Shown here one piece after another: positions 33,780 to 50,349 of a DNA stretch of 64,000 nucleotides. The DNA is from the human T2T-CHM13v2.0 reference genome, Homo sapiens. Numbering within the stretch: the first letter of the stretch is position 1; each line of letters opens with the position of its first letter. Position numbers and translations under genes: made by a program. The notes beneath the pieces are model-generated. The model was not told where the DNA came from. It saw only the letters and a list, made by a program, of their open reading frames with translations, and did no database searches. The stretch is taken from NCBI RefSeq assembly GCF_009914755.1, contig NC_060935.1; one strand, given 5' to 3'.

Positions 33780-34755
33780 TTATAAACCCTTGCATAGTCT
33801 GGTACCTGCTGATCTTAGCAGCCTAATCTTACGGCACTTCACCCCTCACACTCTTTTTTTAACCCTAGCTCCTAGCTGTTTAATTTCACCCGTAATTTTA
33901 TAAAAAGATGGCAATTCCATTCTGTCAGTTGCTTAGGTCCAAAACTTTGAAGTCATCCTTGACTCCTCTTCCTCTCACACCTCATAGAAGATCTGTCACC
34001 AGATCATGTTGGCTCTGTCTTCAAAATGAGAGAATCCAACCACTTCTCACCACCTCCACAGCCACCATCTTGGTTCAAACCGCTGTCTTCTCTTGCCTAA
34101 ATTTTTGCAGTAGCCTCCCCTTGTTTCTTTTCTTGCTCCCCTGCAGTTTATCCTCACAGAGCAGCCATTAAACCCTCCAGTGCTTCTCCTGTCATTCAGA
34201 GTAAAAACTGAAGTCCTTGCTGTGACCTCCAGGACCCTGCATGATGTAAACCGATTCCTTTGCTGACCTCATCTCCTGGTCCTTTTTCCCTTACTCTGCT
34301 CCAGGCACTCTGGTCTGCCTTCACTTCCTTGAATGTGACTATACCAGGCATTCCTGTCTCAAGGCCTTTGCACTTTTCGTTTCACCTGCCTGGAACACTC
34401 TTCCCCAGATAGCTTCAAGACTTTCTCTCACTTCCTTCAGGTTTTTGTTCAAATGTAATCTTCTCAGTGAACCTCCTCTTATTTGTCATGTCTCTCTCAC
34501 TGAAGTGTAAGCTTCATGAAGACAGGAACTTTTTTTGTCATTTTGTTCACTGTGTTAGCACCTAGAAGAGTGCCTATCACAAGGTGATGATGCAGTAACT
34601 ATTGCTAAACAAGTGAATGAAGAATAGTATTTGCTTTATTTGTCCAGTGCTCATTAGAGTCTTTGGTATAAAGTAAGTAAATCATTTATTGATTGAATCA
34701 GTTCTTTTACTCTAATTTCAAATGCTCTTACGTCTTCTCTCTTTCAAATTTCTGA

Positions 34756-36545
<1,790 letters not shown>

Positions 36546-37984
36546 TAGTACCCCTGGCCACTCTTAGTCTAATCTGCCCTCAGTAATCTTTCTGAGGAAG
36601 GATTTTAGATTGAGTGACCTGCAGTGGTCTCTCTAAGGGTGATTCTGATCAAAGGCTAGAATGACAGGAAAGTGTCAGCTCTGGGAAGATTTAAGGAGCA
36701 AACACTTAAAAAACAGAGAATAGCAAGTTCAAAAGTCCCAAAGTAGGAAACAATCTTGGCATGTTCAGGGAACAGAAGGAAAACCAGCATGACTTGAGCA
36801 TAGTGAGTGCCAAGGAGAATGACATGAGGTAGCAGTGGCTTTAGCCACGTAAGGCCCTGTGGGCTACCCTGTGTGGTTTAAATTTTATTTCAAGTGCAGT
36901 GGAAAATCTTTTGATGGTTCTAAGTAGGAGACTGGGTGCCACAATCAGATTTGATTTTTTAGGATCAGTTGGCTATGGGAAAGAGGGGGAAAATGTCCAT
37001 TGTTAATCATGCTTTTCATAGATTATAACTTTAGCCCGAACCAATGGATATCTGTTACTTTCTGTGTTACTTTAAATTGATTATGATGTTTAAAATGAGA
37101 TATCACTTATGGGGGAAGGTTAAATGGCCCTTAGTGTAAAGTTATTAATCCAAAGAAGAATGGAAACTTAAAAAATAGATTTGAATACAGTTAAAATATT
37201 AAATGATAAATGGAAACAGAAATATTATTTTAAAATGGCTTATTTTTTAAAGAGTACATTTTGGACTGGTTAATAAATGTAACTTTTTAACATGGAAACA
37301 GATGCTGAAATATTTTCAGTCCCCAGTGTAACCCCCCACAGCCAGCCATTTCCATCTCACGTGCCTATGGCCTGCCTTATGCTTTCACAGCATTACCATC
37401 AACAGTTAAAACTTCAGTGACACTATACAATGTAGCAGAAAAATGCAAGATGTTTTTTTTTTTCCCCCTCTTTAGTCTTGGCAGGGTAAAACATGGTCCT
37501 TTTTACTCTACCAGGTGCTTTACTTTGGCCATAATAATTTAGTATGGGTCTATAGCTTTTGGTCACTTCCCTTACTCGATCATGGGGGAAAAATAGGGGC
37601 AGCTTGCATGCTGCTGGCATTTTACATTAACATTTTTTTCACAGGTTTTTGTTGTTGTTGTTGTTATTGTCGCCCTGGAGGACTTGAATGAGGCTCGTGT
37701 GGTTTTTTTTGTTGTTGTTGTTTTGTTAATTGCTTCTTTGAAGTGCATGTAGCCTTAACACTTATCATAGCCAACCAAGAACTGGTTGCTCCTGATAGTA
37801 GGTCATCCCACCAGTTATACAGACTGGTATTCCACAGGAGGAGCCCAGTAGGTATTCATGTTATAATCTATCCCAATTTCTGAACCCCTAAGCATACCAG
37901 AGTTAACTCACAATTTACTATAGTTGTTGTAGGGGGGACTTTGGGAAAATAAACATTGAAAAACGTCTTTTAAAATGAGTTTTA

Positions 37985-38291
<307 letters not shown>

Positions 38292-39193
38292 TTATTGTCT
38301 TTGGCAGATACCCTGATTTAATTTTGGTCACTTCTTTAAATGTGATATAGCTGTCAAATAAAGCATGAGGCAGCAAGAACAAGAATTATGCACATGTGAA
38401 TGTGAATCATGAAATGTGGGAAAATTAATGCACTACCACCAGAGCATGAGATAAATGAATATGGAAACAACTACCAATCAATCTCTAGGCATTAAATGGG
38501 CAACAGGAAGGTCAAAGGAGAATCATTGAGTCCTGGAGTGGTCAAGGGCAATTTAAAAAGGAATGTGACAACTTGAACTAGATCTCATAAAGGATGGAAT
38601 AGTATTTAGATAGGAAAGCAAGAAAGATGGACACCTTCGAGAAGTAAGTAAAGGCAGAGAAAGAAAAGTGAACTTGATGTGTTTGTGACACTGTGAGGAA
38701 ACCTCTTGAGCAAAAGGTGACAGATAAATTGGGCAGATGGGTCAGATCACTTAGGCCTCGAAAGGTAGGCAGAGGAGTTGAAATTTAAAACAATAACTGA
38801 TTATGAAGCAGGGCTGAGAAGTGACATGATAAGAGGTCTTACTTAAAAGAAAATAATAACTTATATTTGTGTCATGCTTTACAGTTGCAGTGTACTTTCT
38901 CAATCTTGTGGTGTTGTATCCTCACAAGATACTTGTGAAGAAGGCAGGAAAGATGATAGTTTCTCCACTTTACAGCTTAAGAACTTAGCATTAAACTAGT
39001 TATGATTTACCCAAGTTCATATAACAACTAAGTATGTAATGGAGCTGAGACTAGAAAAACTATGTCTTTTCTGTTGTAATTCAGTTTTTAGAAACCTACT
39101 GGGCTTCCTAAAATCAATCTGACAGTGATATGGAGAATGAACTGGCATTAAGGATTCTGGCTAGGTAGTAAGCAAATTGATAAGAGCTTGGAC

Positions 39194-39393
39194 CAATGAT
39201 TCTCAACTGGAGGCAGTTTGAACTCCTTTCCCCACCCACCCAGGCAACATTGGGTGATGTCTAGAGACATTTTTGGTTATCACAGCTGGGAGTCGAGTGC
39301 TATTGGCTTTTAGTGAGTAGAGGATAGAGATGCTGACCTTTCTAAACATCCTGTAGTATATAGGACAGCACCCCACAACAAAGAATTATCCAG
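39194..39393 (+). mobile_element. MER20 hAT MITE, 3'-truncated, inside L2
   Basis: caatgattctcaactgg..gatgtctagagacatttttggttatcacagctggg..gacagcaccccacaacaaagaattatccag. Confidence 0.8.
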
Positions 39394-40127
39394 AGTGGCA
39401 GCAGGAATGGAGAATGTTACAGAGGGGAAATGATTTGTCAGCTTGGTGAAGCACTGCATATGTAAAAGGCAAATCAGGTGGGTAAAGTTGAATGCCACTC
39501 TAAGTCCAAGTAATTGATAGAGAAAAGTAGTAATGGCAAACTAGTCTGGACAGGAGAAAGTATACCGAGTTTGAGGTAAAGTCATTGCCTCAGAATATAT
39601 TGAGTCCATGTTGTCACATTTTCTATAAATACGAATGGCAGAAGTAATCTTAATATGTATGATTTAAAAATTTGAATTAACTATAGCCATGTCCTCATCC
39701 CCAGTTGCCATCAAATAACTAAATCTGGATGTGAGGCTCTGAAGGTGAAGGCAAGAAACTATTAGCAGCTTGGAGTCCTTTGTAGAAATGTCTGGGTTGG
39801 TGGGGAGAGGGTAGTGTTTATAACAGTGTATCTTTTATAAATATTTAAAGTTTGAAAATCAGTTTCTTTTCACAGTTTTTTTCAAGTTGTGTGTGATCTA
39901 TTTTTCATGTGTTGCGTCTCTGTAGGTGTGTATATGATATATATGTGAATTAGTAAAAAAGAAAAATCCTGCTCAGACTCAGCCTGTACATAGGAATTTC
40001 TTTTTTTGGTACTTTACTTACCAGATTTCAGTCGGTCTACTTTGCAACCTTACCTGCTACCTATCATGATGACTCTTTGGCATTAGAGTCTCAAATCTTT
40101 CTTGGTTCCTGAAGGAAAAAATGAAAT

Positions 40128-41560
40128 TGAGGGGTGACAGCGTGCTGACAGCCCTCACTCGCTCTCAGCGCCTCTTCTGCCTGGGCTCCCACTTTGGCGG
40201 CACTTGAGGAGCCCTTCAGCCCACCGCTGCACTGTGGGAGCCCCTTTCTGGGCTGGCCAAGGCCGGAGCCGGCTCCTTCAGCTTGCAGGGAGGTGTGGAG
40301 GGAGAGGCGCGAGCGGGAACCAGGGCTGCAGCACGGCGCTTGCGGGCCAGCTGGAGTTCCGGGTGGGCGTGGGTTTGGCGGCCCCGCACTCGGAGTGGCC
40401 GGCCGGCCCTGCTGGCCCCAGGCAGTGAGGGGCTTAGCACCCGGGCCAGTGGCTGCCGAGGGTGTGCTGGGTCCCCCAGCAGTGCCAGCACACCGGCGCT
40501 GCACTCGATTTCTCGCCAGGCCTCAGCTGCCTCCCCGTGGGGCAGGGCTTGGGACCTGCAGCCCGCCATGCCTGAGCCTCCCCCTCCTCCGTGGGGATCC
40601 TGTGTGGCCCAAGCCTCCCCGACGAGCACTGTCCCCTGCTCCATGGCGCCCAGTGCCATCGAACACCCAAGGGCTGAGGAGTGCGGGCGCATGGCGCGGG
40701 ACTGGCAGGCAGCTCCACCTGCGGCCCTGGTGCGGGATCTACTGGGTGAAGCCAGCTGGGCTCCTGAGTCTGGTGGGGACTTGGAGAACCTTTATGTCTA
40801 GCTAAGGGATTGTAAATACACCAGTCGGCACTCTGTATCTAGCTCAAGGTTTGTAAACACACCAATCAGCACCCTGTGTCTAGCTCAGGGTTTGTGAATG
40901 CACCAGTCCACACTCTGTATCTAGCTACTCTGGTGGGGACTTGGAGAACCTTTGTGTTGACACTCTGTATCTAGCTCATCTAGTGGGGAGGTGGAGAACC
41001 TTTGTGTCTAGCTCAGGGATTGTAAACGCGCCAATCAGCGCCCTGTCAAAGCAGACCACTCGGCTCTCTGTAAAATGAACCAATCAGCAGGATGTGGGTG
41101 GGGCCAGATAAGAGAATAAATGCAGGCTGCAGGCACCAGCAGTGGCAACCCGCTGGGGTCCCCTTCCACTCTGTGGAAGCTTTGTTGTTTCGTTCTTTGC
41201 AATAAATCTTGCTGCTGCTCGCTCTTTGGGTCCACACTGTGTTTATGAGCTGTAACACTCACCGCGAAGGTCTGCAGCTTCACTCCTGAAGCCAGCGAGA
41301 CCACGAACCCACCGGGAGGAACGAACAACTCCAGACGCGCCACCTTAAGAGCTGTAACACTCACTGCGGAGGTCCCAGCTTCACACCTGAGCCAGCGAGA
41401 CCACGAACCCCACCAGAAGGAAGAAACTCCCAACACATCCGAACATCAGAAGGAACAAACTCCGGACACACCGCCATTAAGAACTGTAACACTCACCGCG
41501 AGGGTCCGCAGCTTCATTCTTGAAGTTAGTGAGACCAAGAACCCACCAATTCCGGACTCA
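40128..41560 (+). mobile_element. LTR12C (HERV9) solo LTR, 1433 bp, sense to UVRAG
   Basis: TGAGGGGTGACAGCGTGCTG start, CCAATTCCGGACTCA end, 4-bp TSD AAAT (40124-27 / 41561-64); CpG-rich U3, tandem tgtatctagct units, U5 repeats. Confidence 0.95.
40860..41140 (+). promoter_or_regulatory. LTR12C promoter module: CCAAT boxes, GATA site, TATA-like AATAAA
   Basis: CCAAT at 40862, 41031 and 41080; AGATAA at 41106; AATAAA at 41115. This is the known ERV9 NF-Y/GATA promoter layout; activity of this copy not shown. Confidence 0.7.
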
Positions 41561-41672
41561 AAATTATATTCAGTATGTTTAGTTTCACATATTGAGAATT
41601 ATAACATCTTGGAGTTGGAGGAGATACTATACCTCATTGAGTCCAGTGGATCATCCAGTATTTGATTCCTCC

Positions 41673-42080
41673 TGTGTTAGTCTCTCAAGCTACTGTAAAT
41701 TACCAGAAACTTGATGAGATAAACAGCAGAAATTTGCCTCACACAGTTCTGGAGGCCAGAAGTCCAAAATCAAAGTGTCATCAGGGCCACACTCCTTTCT
41801 TTATCCTTTCCAGCTTCTGGTGGCTCCAGGCATTGCCCGGCTTGTGGCTGCATAACTAAGCTCTGCCTCCATCTGCACACAACCTCTTTTCCCTTTGTCT
41901 CACCTCTGTGTTTCCTTATTACGATACTTACTAGATTGAGGGCCCACCTGAATAATAAAAAATGATCTCAACTCAAGATCCTTAACTATTTTAGATCTTT
42001 TCATCAAATAAGTTAACTTAGGTCCCAAGGATTAGAATATGGACATATCTTTTTGGAGGCCGCCGTGTAACCCGCTACAT
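41673..42080 (-). mobile_element. MLT1B/C-like MaLR LTR
   Basis: ctcacacagttctggaggccagaagtccaaaatcaaagtgtc; ggattagaatatggacatatctttttgga. Confidence 0.8.
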
Positions 42081-42199
42081 CCACTGAATACATGTGCATT
42101 GTTTGTGTTTGTCGCCCTTCTCTACTTGGCTGCCTGTAACCAAGATCTTTAGGATTTTGAATAACTCTGTAGTGAAATCAATCTCCTGTAACGCATATA

Positions 42200-42830
42200 C
42201 CATTCACTTTGGTTCTCCCTGCTTGAAGCCATGCAGAAAAAAACGAATTCTTTTTCTCTCTGAAAGTCCTTCATTTGTTGTCCCTGAGACTGCTATCCTC
42301 CAGGACAAACACCTCTGGTTCCTTCAACAATTTCTCTCAATACTGACTTCTGTTCCCCTAATCATCCTGGGTTTGCTTCTCTAAAGCATTCAGAGGCAGT
42401 AGAGAGAATACTGGATTTATTATTGAAGACCTAATACTGAAGCCATGTCTCTTCCACTTCCTACTTAGGTGACCAAGCCAAATCAGTTTATTTTAAATAA
42501 CAATAATACTGACTACTTCATTGTTTCACTGCATGCTTTATATAGTTAAATGAGATTGTTATAAACGTTCTCTAGAAACATAACCTTTAAGTAAGGATAT
42601 GAGTGTTCTTCTGTCTATTTATAAAATACTTTCACTCCCAGAACTGAACATAGGTCTCTCGGTACAGTCTAACCTAGTACAAAGTAGTTATCACTATCAC
42701 GTTCCCCAGCTGAGCTGCTCTGCTTCTGTTACCGCAGCCTGGGATCGCATTAGCTTTTTTGGTAGTCATCGCATAATTCTTAACTCATATTGAAACTGTT
42801 CTGTACTAAAGAGTTCCAAATATTTTTCAC
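42200..42830 (-). mobile_element. L3/CR1 fragments with an intervening MIR
   Basis: ttccttcaac..atcatcctggg; cccagaactgaacata; gcagcctgggatcgcattagcttttttgg. Confidence 0.55.
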
Positions 42831-45426
42831 AAATAATCTTTTTTAAAAAAAATTCAACAAATATTTATTGCGTTCTGCTAGTAGCAGTGCGTAGAGACTT
42901 GACAGAGAGGCAAAGAGGAAGAAAATAAAATTTCTGCCCTCTTGGAGCCTACAGTATCATAAGGGAGACACACATGAACCAAGTAATCACACAGTGAGTG
43001 TAAATTTACAATCTGAGACAGACTGGAAAAAGAAAGGGTTGCAAACTGACCTAAGCCAGTTTGATAGTTCACAATGATACAAGTATTTACAGTAGATAAA
43101 GGTGGGCTCTGATAATTAAGATTGGATTTCTGCAGTTCTCCCCACTAACCTCTTCACCACCTGTTGTTAGTTAGAGTGACAGTAAGGCTCAGATGGAATT
43201 CTGTCACACACGTAATCTATTTATTGCTTTCTAATTCCTTGATTTTTCTACTATTTATAGAAAGAGCTACAAGGTATGGTTCAAATAAGGCCATTTGAAG
43301 ACAGTAGAGTCGGTGAATTTTCAATGTGGAAATTTAATTTAATTTGAAAATAATATTAGCCATTTTAATTGAATATAATAATAAATTGTATTGAATCTTC
43401 ATAGGAAATATATAGTTCATCCTCCAGTTATTTAATGTAATACTCCTTTAATGAGTCCTCTTTGTGGTGTTATGGACCTGCTTCTGGTTGTACTTTAATG
43501 ACCACATTCTTATCTAAAGCTTCTATAGCTTGCTAATGTAATTCTCCAATATAAGATTTGTATCTTATGTTCTGACGATAATAGGTTTTACCCTTTAAAA
43601 TGGGTATTTTTCAAGATTGATAGATCTATAAATACATGTACTTTTGTAAAGTAAGATGAATGCATGATAGTTATAAGCTATTATACTATTCAACTTCAAG
43701 TGACCTAAGAATTTGAAAGCAATATAAAATGTAAATTCTGTCCTAATATTCGATCTGTCTTTGCATTGCCTTATCCGAACCATACCTTGTGGCTTTTTGT
43801 ATAAATAAGTCCCACTGAAGTCATAATAAAGTCAAATGTTGTGAAATCAATTTTTTAGGAATGTTGAAGCTTGGTTTTCAATGTATGCTGATCTCAATTT
43901 ACTCTTCTAACATACGAAACAGTTTCTAGATTTATACCTTGAAAATAGAGATAGCTATGGGTTTGGAGAGCTGTTCAGATAGTCTACATTTGAAGCTTAT
44001 AGAATAACAGCTAGACAGCACAGAGGTTTAGGACCGTAGTAGATTTTCTCTAAAGTGCCCCTGTTGGGTACTTGCAAATACGTCGTTTCTTTGCAGGCTA
44101 CCCCATCTGAATTTGAATGATTCCCAGACATCTTGCAACAGCCTGGTGTTACACTTTGCTTATCCTGAATTTGCTATGCTGTCATTTTTATGCATCTCAA
44201 TTTGAGGCCAAACCACATGTCCTAGTTTATTTTTTACTGTTTCAATTAAATATGAAGCTCTGTCTTCTTGATGGGTGTGTGAAGCATTTGGTGTTCCTTT
44301 AGTAGAGAATAAATACAGTTCAGGACCTTGCTCAGTCCCCAGTGCCTATAATTTTATAGTGTAACAAATTTACCTTTGGATACTATATAGCCAGCAACTC
44401 CTGAGAATTTAATATAAAGCCCTTAAATTCTATTTCCTTTATTTTATTTTCTCTAGAAAATAATATCCTCTAGGCTTTATGGAATGTATCTTTTCCTCAG
44501 GCAATTAAAAGACAATTGAAATTAAGACTAGTAATTGTCACCTGCCATTCATTTCAATAAGATTATTTTATTCTTGAGAATAATTGTATATCGCAGAAGT
44601 AAGGAAGATGAAGTTTTCTTCTTGACCCTAAGTAATAATTGATCTGTTTGTAAAGAAATCTGTATCAGATGCTAAAACTTTTGCTTGATCTTAAGAATCA
44701 GAAAACAATGACTAGACTATAGGTATGCTCTAAACTTTTCTTCATTTGCAGGTGTAAAGAAGGGGAATAGTGAGGGGAGTTACTCTCTAAAATAACTCAT
44801 TATCTTTATGAAGATCCAGATCTCATGCCTTTGTTGCTCCAGTGAGGCAGGTTAAAATGGAAATTCATGTATGAGAGCCTTATGGCATGAGCACATTGCC
44901 TTAGAGAAGTTGCATCCAAATAGCCATCCCTGTAAATGTGAATGAATATTTTAATGAATTTTGGCTCATATTGGCACTGTTGATTTCACTGGTCACCTTA
45001 AAAGAAACAGAAATCTTATATATTGCTTCTAAGTCTGATTTCTTTTCCTTCTTAATCTTCCTCTCCCATTTAGTAGAAGTTGAGATGTCAGGTCCAAGAT
45101 ATTAGAGGGAAAAATTTCTGGTATCTTAATCTTAGCTAAGGTGGCAAGTTTATGATATGTAAATAGGAACCAGTGGCCTCAACTCCTTGGGGTGGGTTGG
45201 TCACTTTCTTAAACATTAGTTCCTTGTTCTGTGACCTGTTCACTTTTTCTTTTGAAAGAAAGCAGCCGTTATTCTGACTTAATTAATATTATGAAGATGT
45301 CAGTAGATTGCAATGACTATAGCTAGGTGACTTAGTCCAATTCAGATGTTTATGCTGTATCTAAGAAACTTCAGCCTCTGTTGACAACTTGGAGGTTGTA
45401 TTTACTCAGCTTTTGAAAATATCTGA

Positions 45427-45645
<219 letters not shown>

Positions 45646-46153
45646 TAGTAATACACAGTTCTTTTTTTTGATCACAGTCTTTTTCCGTGCCCTTAAAATG
45701 ACTACAGAGAAGCAATGAATACAAATTGGAATCCTCTTGCTACTTGCTAAACTCAGAATCTTTTTTTGTATTTTTACTTGCTGGTAGACTATACTTCGAT
45801 GTGTGGGCTTCATCATCTCTTGCCTCTGCAGCTTGACCAATTGTAATTTTCTTAGACTATTTCTAGGGACTCAATTTGCATTGTTGTTTATGGAGTAAAA
45901 GTTCAGTGCCTTTGCAAGTACTTCATGGTCTCCTCACTTTATTATTCAGGGCCCGAAGGAAAAGACCAAGCACATGACCCTTCCAGTCTGTCTTAGATGT
46001 TTGTGGCACTCTCAACATCACATCAGTTAGTATGCCACTTAAATAATGTCTTTCCGTATGCCGTAGTAAGACTATCAGATGCCTAGGTTTGTATTTTCCT
46101 GAAAGAAATATGTAGCATTTCTTTAGAACTTCTGGCCCTACTTCAAGATGTAG

Positions 46154-46510
<357 letters not shown>

Positions 46511-47195
46511 TATTTATTTTTATAAATAACAAGTGTTTTGTTTTGTTTTCATTGGACATCCTTCCAACTGGAATATCACATGGATGAGTATCCACAATTT
46601 GGCTTTTATTTAAATACATTGTGAGCTATATCCTCAGACCTTTTGGTTTTACCAAAGTAATAAGATTTACGATGCTTTTGTTTTTGTTGGCCTGTGTTGC
46701 CATTTATCCACATGAACCTAACGACTTGCTAAACATTCCCTTATTCATTTCTGATCAGTCTAGAATTATTCCTCTATGTGGTGTCATCTGCCACTCTTCC
46801 CCTTAACCAACCTCAGTTTAATGGTGGAGATTTTTTTAATTTGTTTTTTATTAAGATTGTTGTTCTCTTCTGAAATTGGGTCAGATTTCTGGATTGCAAT
46901 CCTCAGTTTATCATTTGCTTCATCCTTCACACTCATTGTCCTCTCAACCATACTACTTTTACTGTTACTTCCACTCCAGCTCCAGGAAAGCAGCCCTCTG
47001 ACAGTCTCTGGCCCATGACTCACCTTTCCATGTGCCATTCTTCCCACAACTGATGCTTGCCCATTCTGCATTTTTGGCAGACAAGTATTTCATTCAAAGA
47101 AGCAGGGCTTTAATTCCAAGACTGCCGAGCTCCCACTCCGCTGATCACAGTTCTGTCATGCCATGGAAAAGGCAGTGCTTAAACAGAACTTGTCA

Positions 47196-47527
<332 letters not shown>

Positions 47528-49789
47528 CTAAGGAAGAAGTAAATTAGAGGGCTCCTCCAGCGATGTCAGCCGTGGTGGAAAGAGCATGTAGATACTACAG
47601 GATCCAGTTTGAGAGTAAAACTGGCATCATTTAGTAGAACTAAGTTCTGATTTGAGTTCAGAACTTCTCTTCTTGCCCTATTTTCTCTTTCTTGCTCTAG
47701 GCACTTAGATCCTAAGGTCAGAAGGCTATTGGAAGCTTCCTGGTGAAACTTACTCCTGCTGAAATGCCTGTATTTCCTCATATATTCCAGCTTCAAACAT
47801 ACACACAATATGCACATGTGTACAGATATACACACACATGCACAAACACACTTCTTTCTTCTCAAGGGCCCAAAAGGATGGTATGCCAAAAGATCATATA
47901 AAGTGTTGCTAAGAATACCACAGCTTGCTTTGGGAGCAAGACCAAGATGGAGGCTATGTGCAGGGGAAAACTTAGCAAAGTCAGCCCTCCTCATCAGACT
48001 CTCAACTCTAGGGCCTGTTTGATCCCCACTTCCCAAGAGGCCTCTGACTTTATTATTAACTGAACCAGGGCCACAAGTATGCTGACCTAGTTTTACTCAT
48101 CTGAGAAATGGATTGCTTGTAGTAATTGTGTATCCTCTCCAGCTTTATATATGCTCTTTGAAAATTGAGAGAACAATCAATAGGTTAACTACTCTGAATC
48201 CATAGGGAGCAAGTATCCTCCTCTGTGGATTTTCTTTTTTTAATCACACTGGAGGCAGTTTTAAAAGGAGGGGACAGTAAACTTCTTAAAAACTGGCTTT
48301 TTTATATTTCAAAATGTATTCGGGAAGCCCTTTAAGCAGTTAGAAACTTTTAGAACAGTTGTGACCTTTCACTTTTTTTGCTTCAGCTCTGTCTGTTCTG
48401 TCTCTCGCTGTTTCTCAGGGAAGCTTTCATTTTGTCTTTGACCTTACTGCCATCACTTTTTCACGTTTTGATTTGTAACAAATGAAAGAACCATTAATTG
48501 TTATGGCTCCTAAGCGAGCATTGTAGCAATCAGGTATTTCCAGCTTTTGAAGGTTTATTTTTATAGACATATAGACTAATATATGTTGTCAAAGGGGAGT
48601 TTGTCTTCTCAGCCAGTTCCATATGTACCCATCTTTTAAGATGTGAACAAATCATACTATTAAAATGGCCTCACCTCAGTAATTTATAAGCCACATTAGT
48701 GGAGGTGGATGAAAGCATTGGCATGTGTTAAAGTGCCAGAGAAAAAGGAGTGAAGTCATTTAATACTGCATCCATAACTTGGTTGAGGATTTGAATAGTC
48801 AATAGGACCTTTCATCACAACCAGAAGTAGTAGTAAAATCACTTTTTTGGTAGAGGAAATGACAGAATTTAGTAATATTTGTTACTTCAGTATTTGGGAT
48901 CAGTCCAGCCCAAGTTTTGAAAGCACAAGCTTAGAGAGACAGGCCTTCAAGTAGAAATCCTCAAGTGTTGTTTGAAGAGCTGAGAGCACTGGTAAGGCCT
49001 GCTTGCCCTCTTCATGTCACTGCTGTCTAAAGGTGTGTGTGTGTGCTGGATTAAGTACTGAGAGTGAGTGAAGCAAAATGCCTTGTTTTCAGCACCATAT
49101 ATTAATATTTGTTAAGTGCCAGCCTCTTCAGTTAGAAATAGCCTTCCTTCTTGGCTAGCATGTAATGCTATAGGAATGGGCCTGTCAAAATTCAGGTGCA
49201 GTATAATTGACGTTGACTTTAAAAACCAGATCCTGCCATAATTTCAGTTAGTTCATAAGTACATTATATTAGAATTTGTATAGAGAACAGAAATTTGCTT
49301 TTAATTCTCAGAGCATAAAAATTAAATGGAAAACAAAAATTATAATACTTTTATCTTATATTTGTGGGAGCCTTATAGTTTGTAAAGTACATGCATATAA
49401 ATTCACATGATCCCTATCATCACCCTGCAAAGTAAAAAGGGCAGATGCTATTAAATCGATTTGAGGACAGCTTGGCTTTTGACATTTGTCCCTCCAGTGT
49501 CATATCACATAATTTGATAAGTGTGGCAGAGATCCCCTTACTTCTATATACTTCACTGTTCTATATATTTCCATCCTTAAAGTGCACCAAATCAAAGAAG
49601 ACGACATTCCCAGATAGAAAAGGAAGCAAACGTTTTTTGAGAATGGAGACAAAAACTATTTTGCACATCATAATTTTTCCATTAGCAAGCACAATGCCAG
49701 AAACACTGTAAGTTCTAAAGAAATTAATAATGAATGGTGATATAGCACCATCACACAAGAAACTAAGATCTAGAAAAGTTAAGTGACTT

Positions 49790-50328
49790 TAATGAATTTT
49801 AAAAATTGTGATACACAAACACAACGCACACACACACAAATAGAATATTATTCAGCCTCTGTAAAGGACATACTGCCATTTGTGACAATACAGATGAACC
49901 TGGAGGATATTATGCTAAGTGAAATAAGCCAGACACTGAAAGACAAAGACTGTATGATCTCAGTCATATGCAGAATCTTAAATGTAAAAGTTGAATAACT
50001 AGAAACAGAGAGTAGGATAGTGATTCAGTGGGAGGGAGAGGAGGAAATAGGAAGAAGCAGGCTAAAGGGTATACAAATTTGCAGTTAGATAGGCTGCATA
50101 AGTCTAGGGATATAATATACAGAATGAGGATTATAGTTAGTAATATTGTATTGTGTACTGAAAATTTGTCAAGAGAGTAGATTTCTACAGTTTTTATCAC
50201 ACACACCCATGAATATGTTAATTTGTTTGACTGCTATAATCATTTCACTATGTATATGTATATCAAAACATCATGTATACCTTCAAACATCTTGTACCCC
50301 TTAAATTGATACAATATAAAATTTTTTT
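49790..50328 (+). mobile_element. L1MA-type 3' end, 5'-truncated
   Basis: gatgaacctggaggatattatgctaagtgaaataagccag; TSD aaagtta(a/g)gtgactt (49775-89 / 50329-43). Confidence 0.8.
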
Positions 50329-50349
50329 AAAGTTAGGTGACTTGCTTAT

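Noticed and set aside
40150-40740. CpG island suggesting a host gene promoter
   Set aside because: Entirely inside the LTR12C U3; treated under the LTR finding.
40091-41436. Longest ORFs in the track (203, 172, 158, 137, 133 aa)
   Set aside because: All lie in the GC-rich LTR12C, overlap in several frames on both strands, and reflect stop-codon scarcity rather than a gene.
40760-41520. Regularly spaced direct repeats resembling a CRISPR-like array
   Set aside because: These are the normal U3 enhancer and U5 tandem units of LTR12; spacers are not unique and the DNA is primate.
44752-44850. Possible cryptic exon (ttcatttgcag ... GCAG|gttaaa) 600 bp upstream of the real exon
   Set aside because: Weak donor and no supporting feature; such matches are common in long introns.
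47566-48036. 156-aa minus-strand ORF
   Set aside because: Non-ATG start, includes a CA/TG low-complexity stretch, no recognisable domain or splice context; likely chance.
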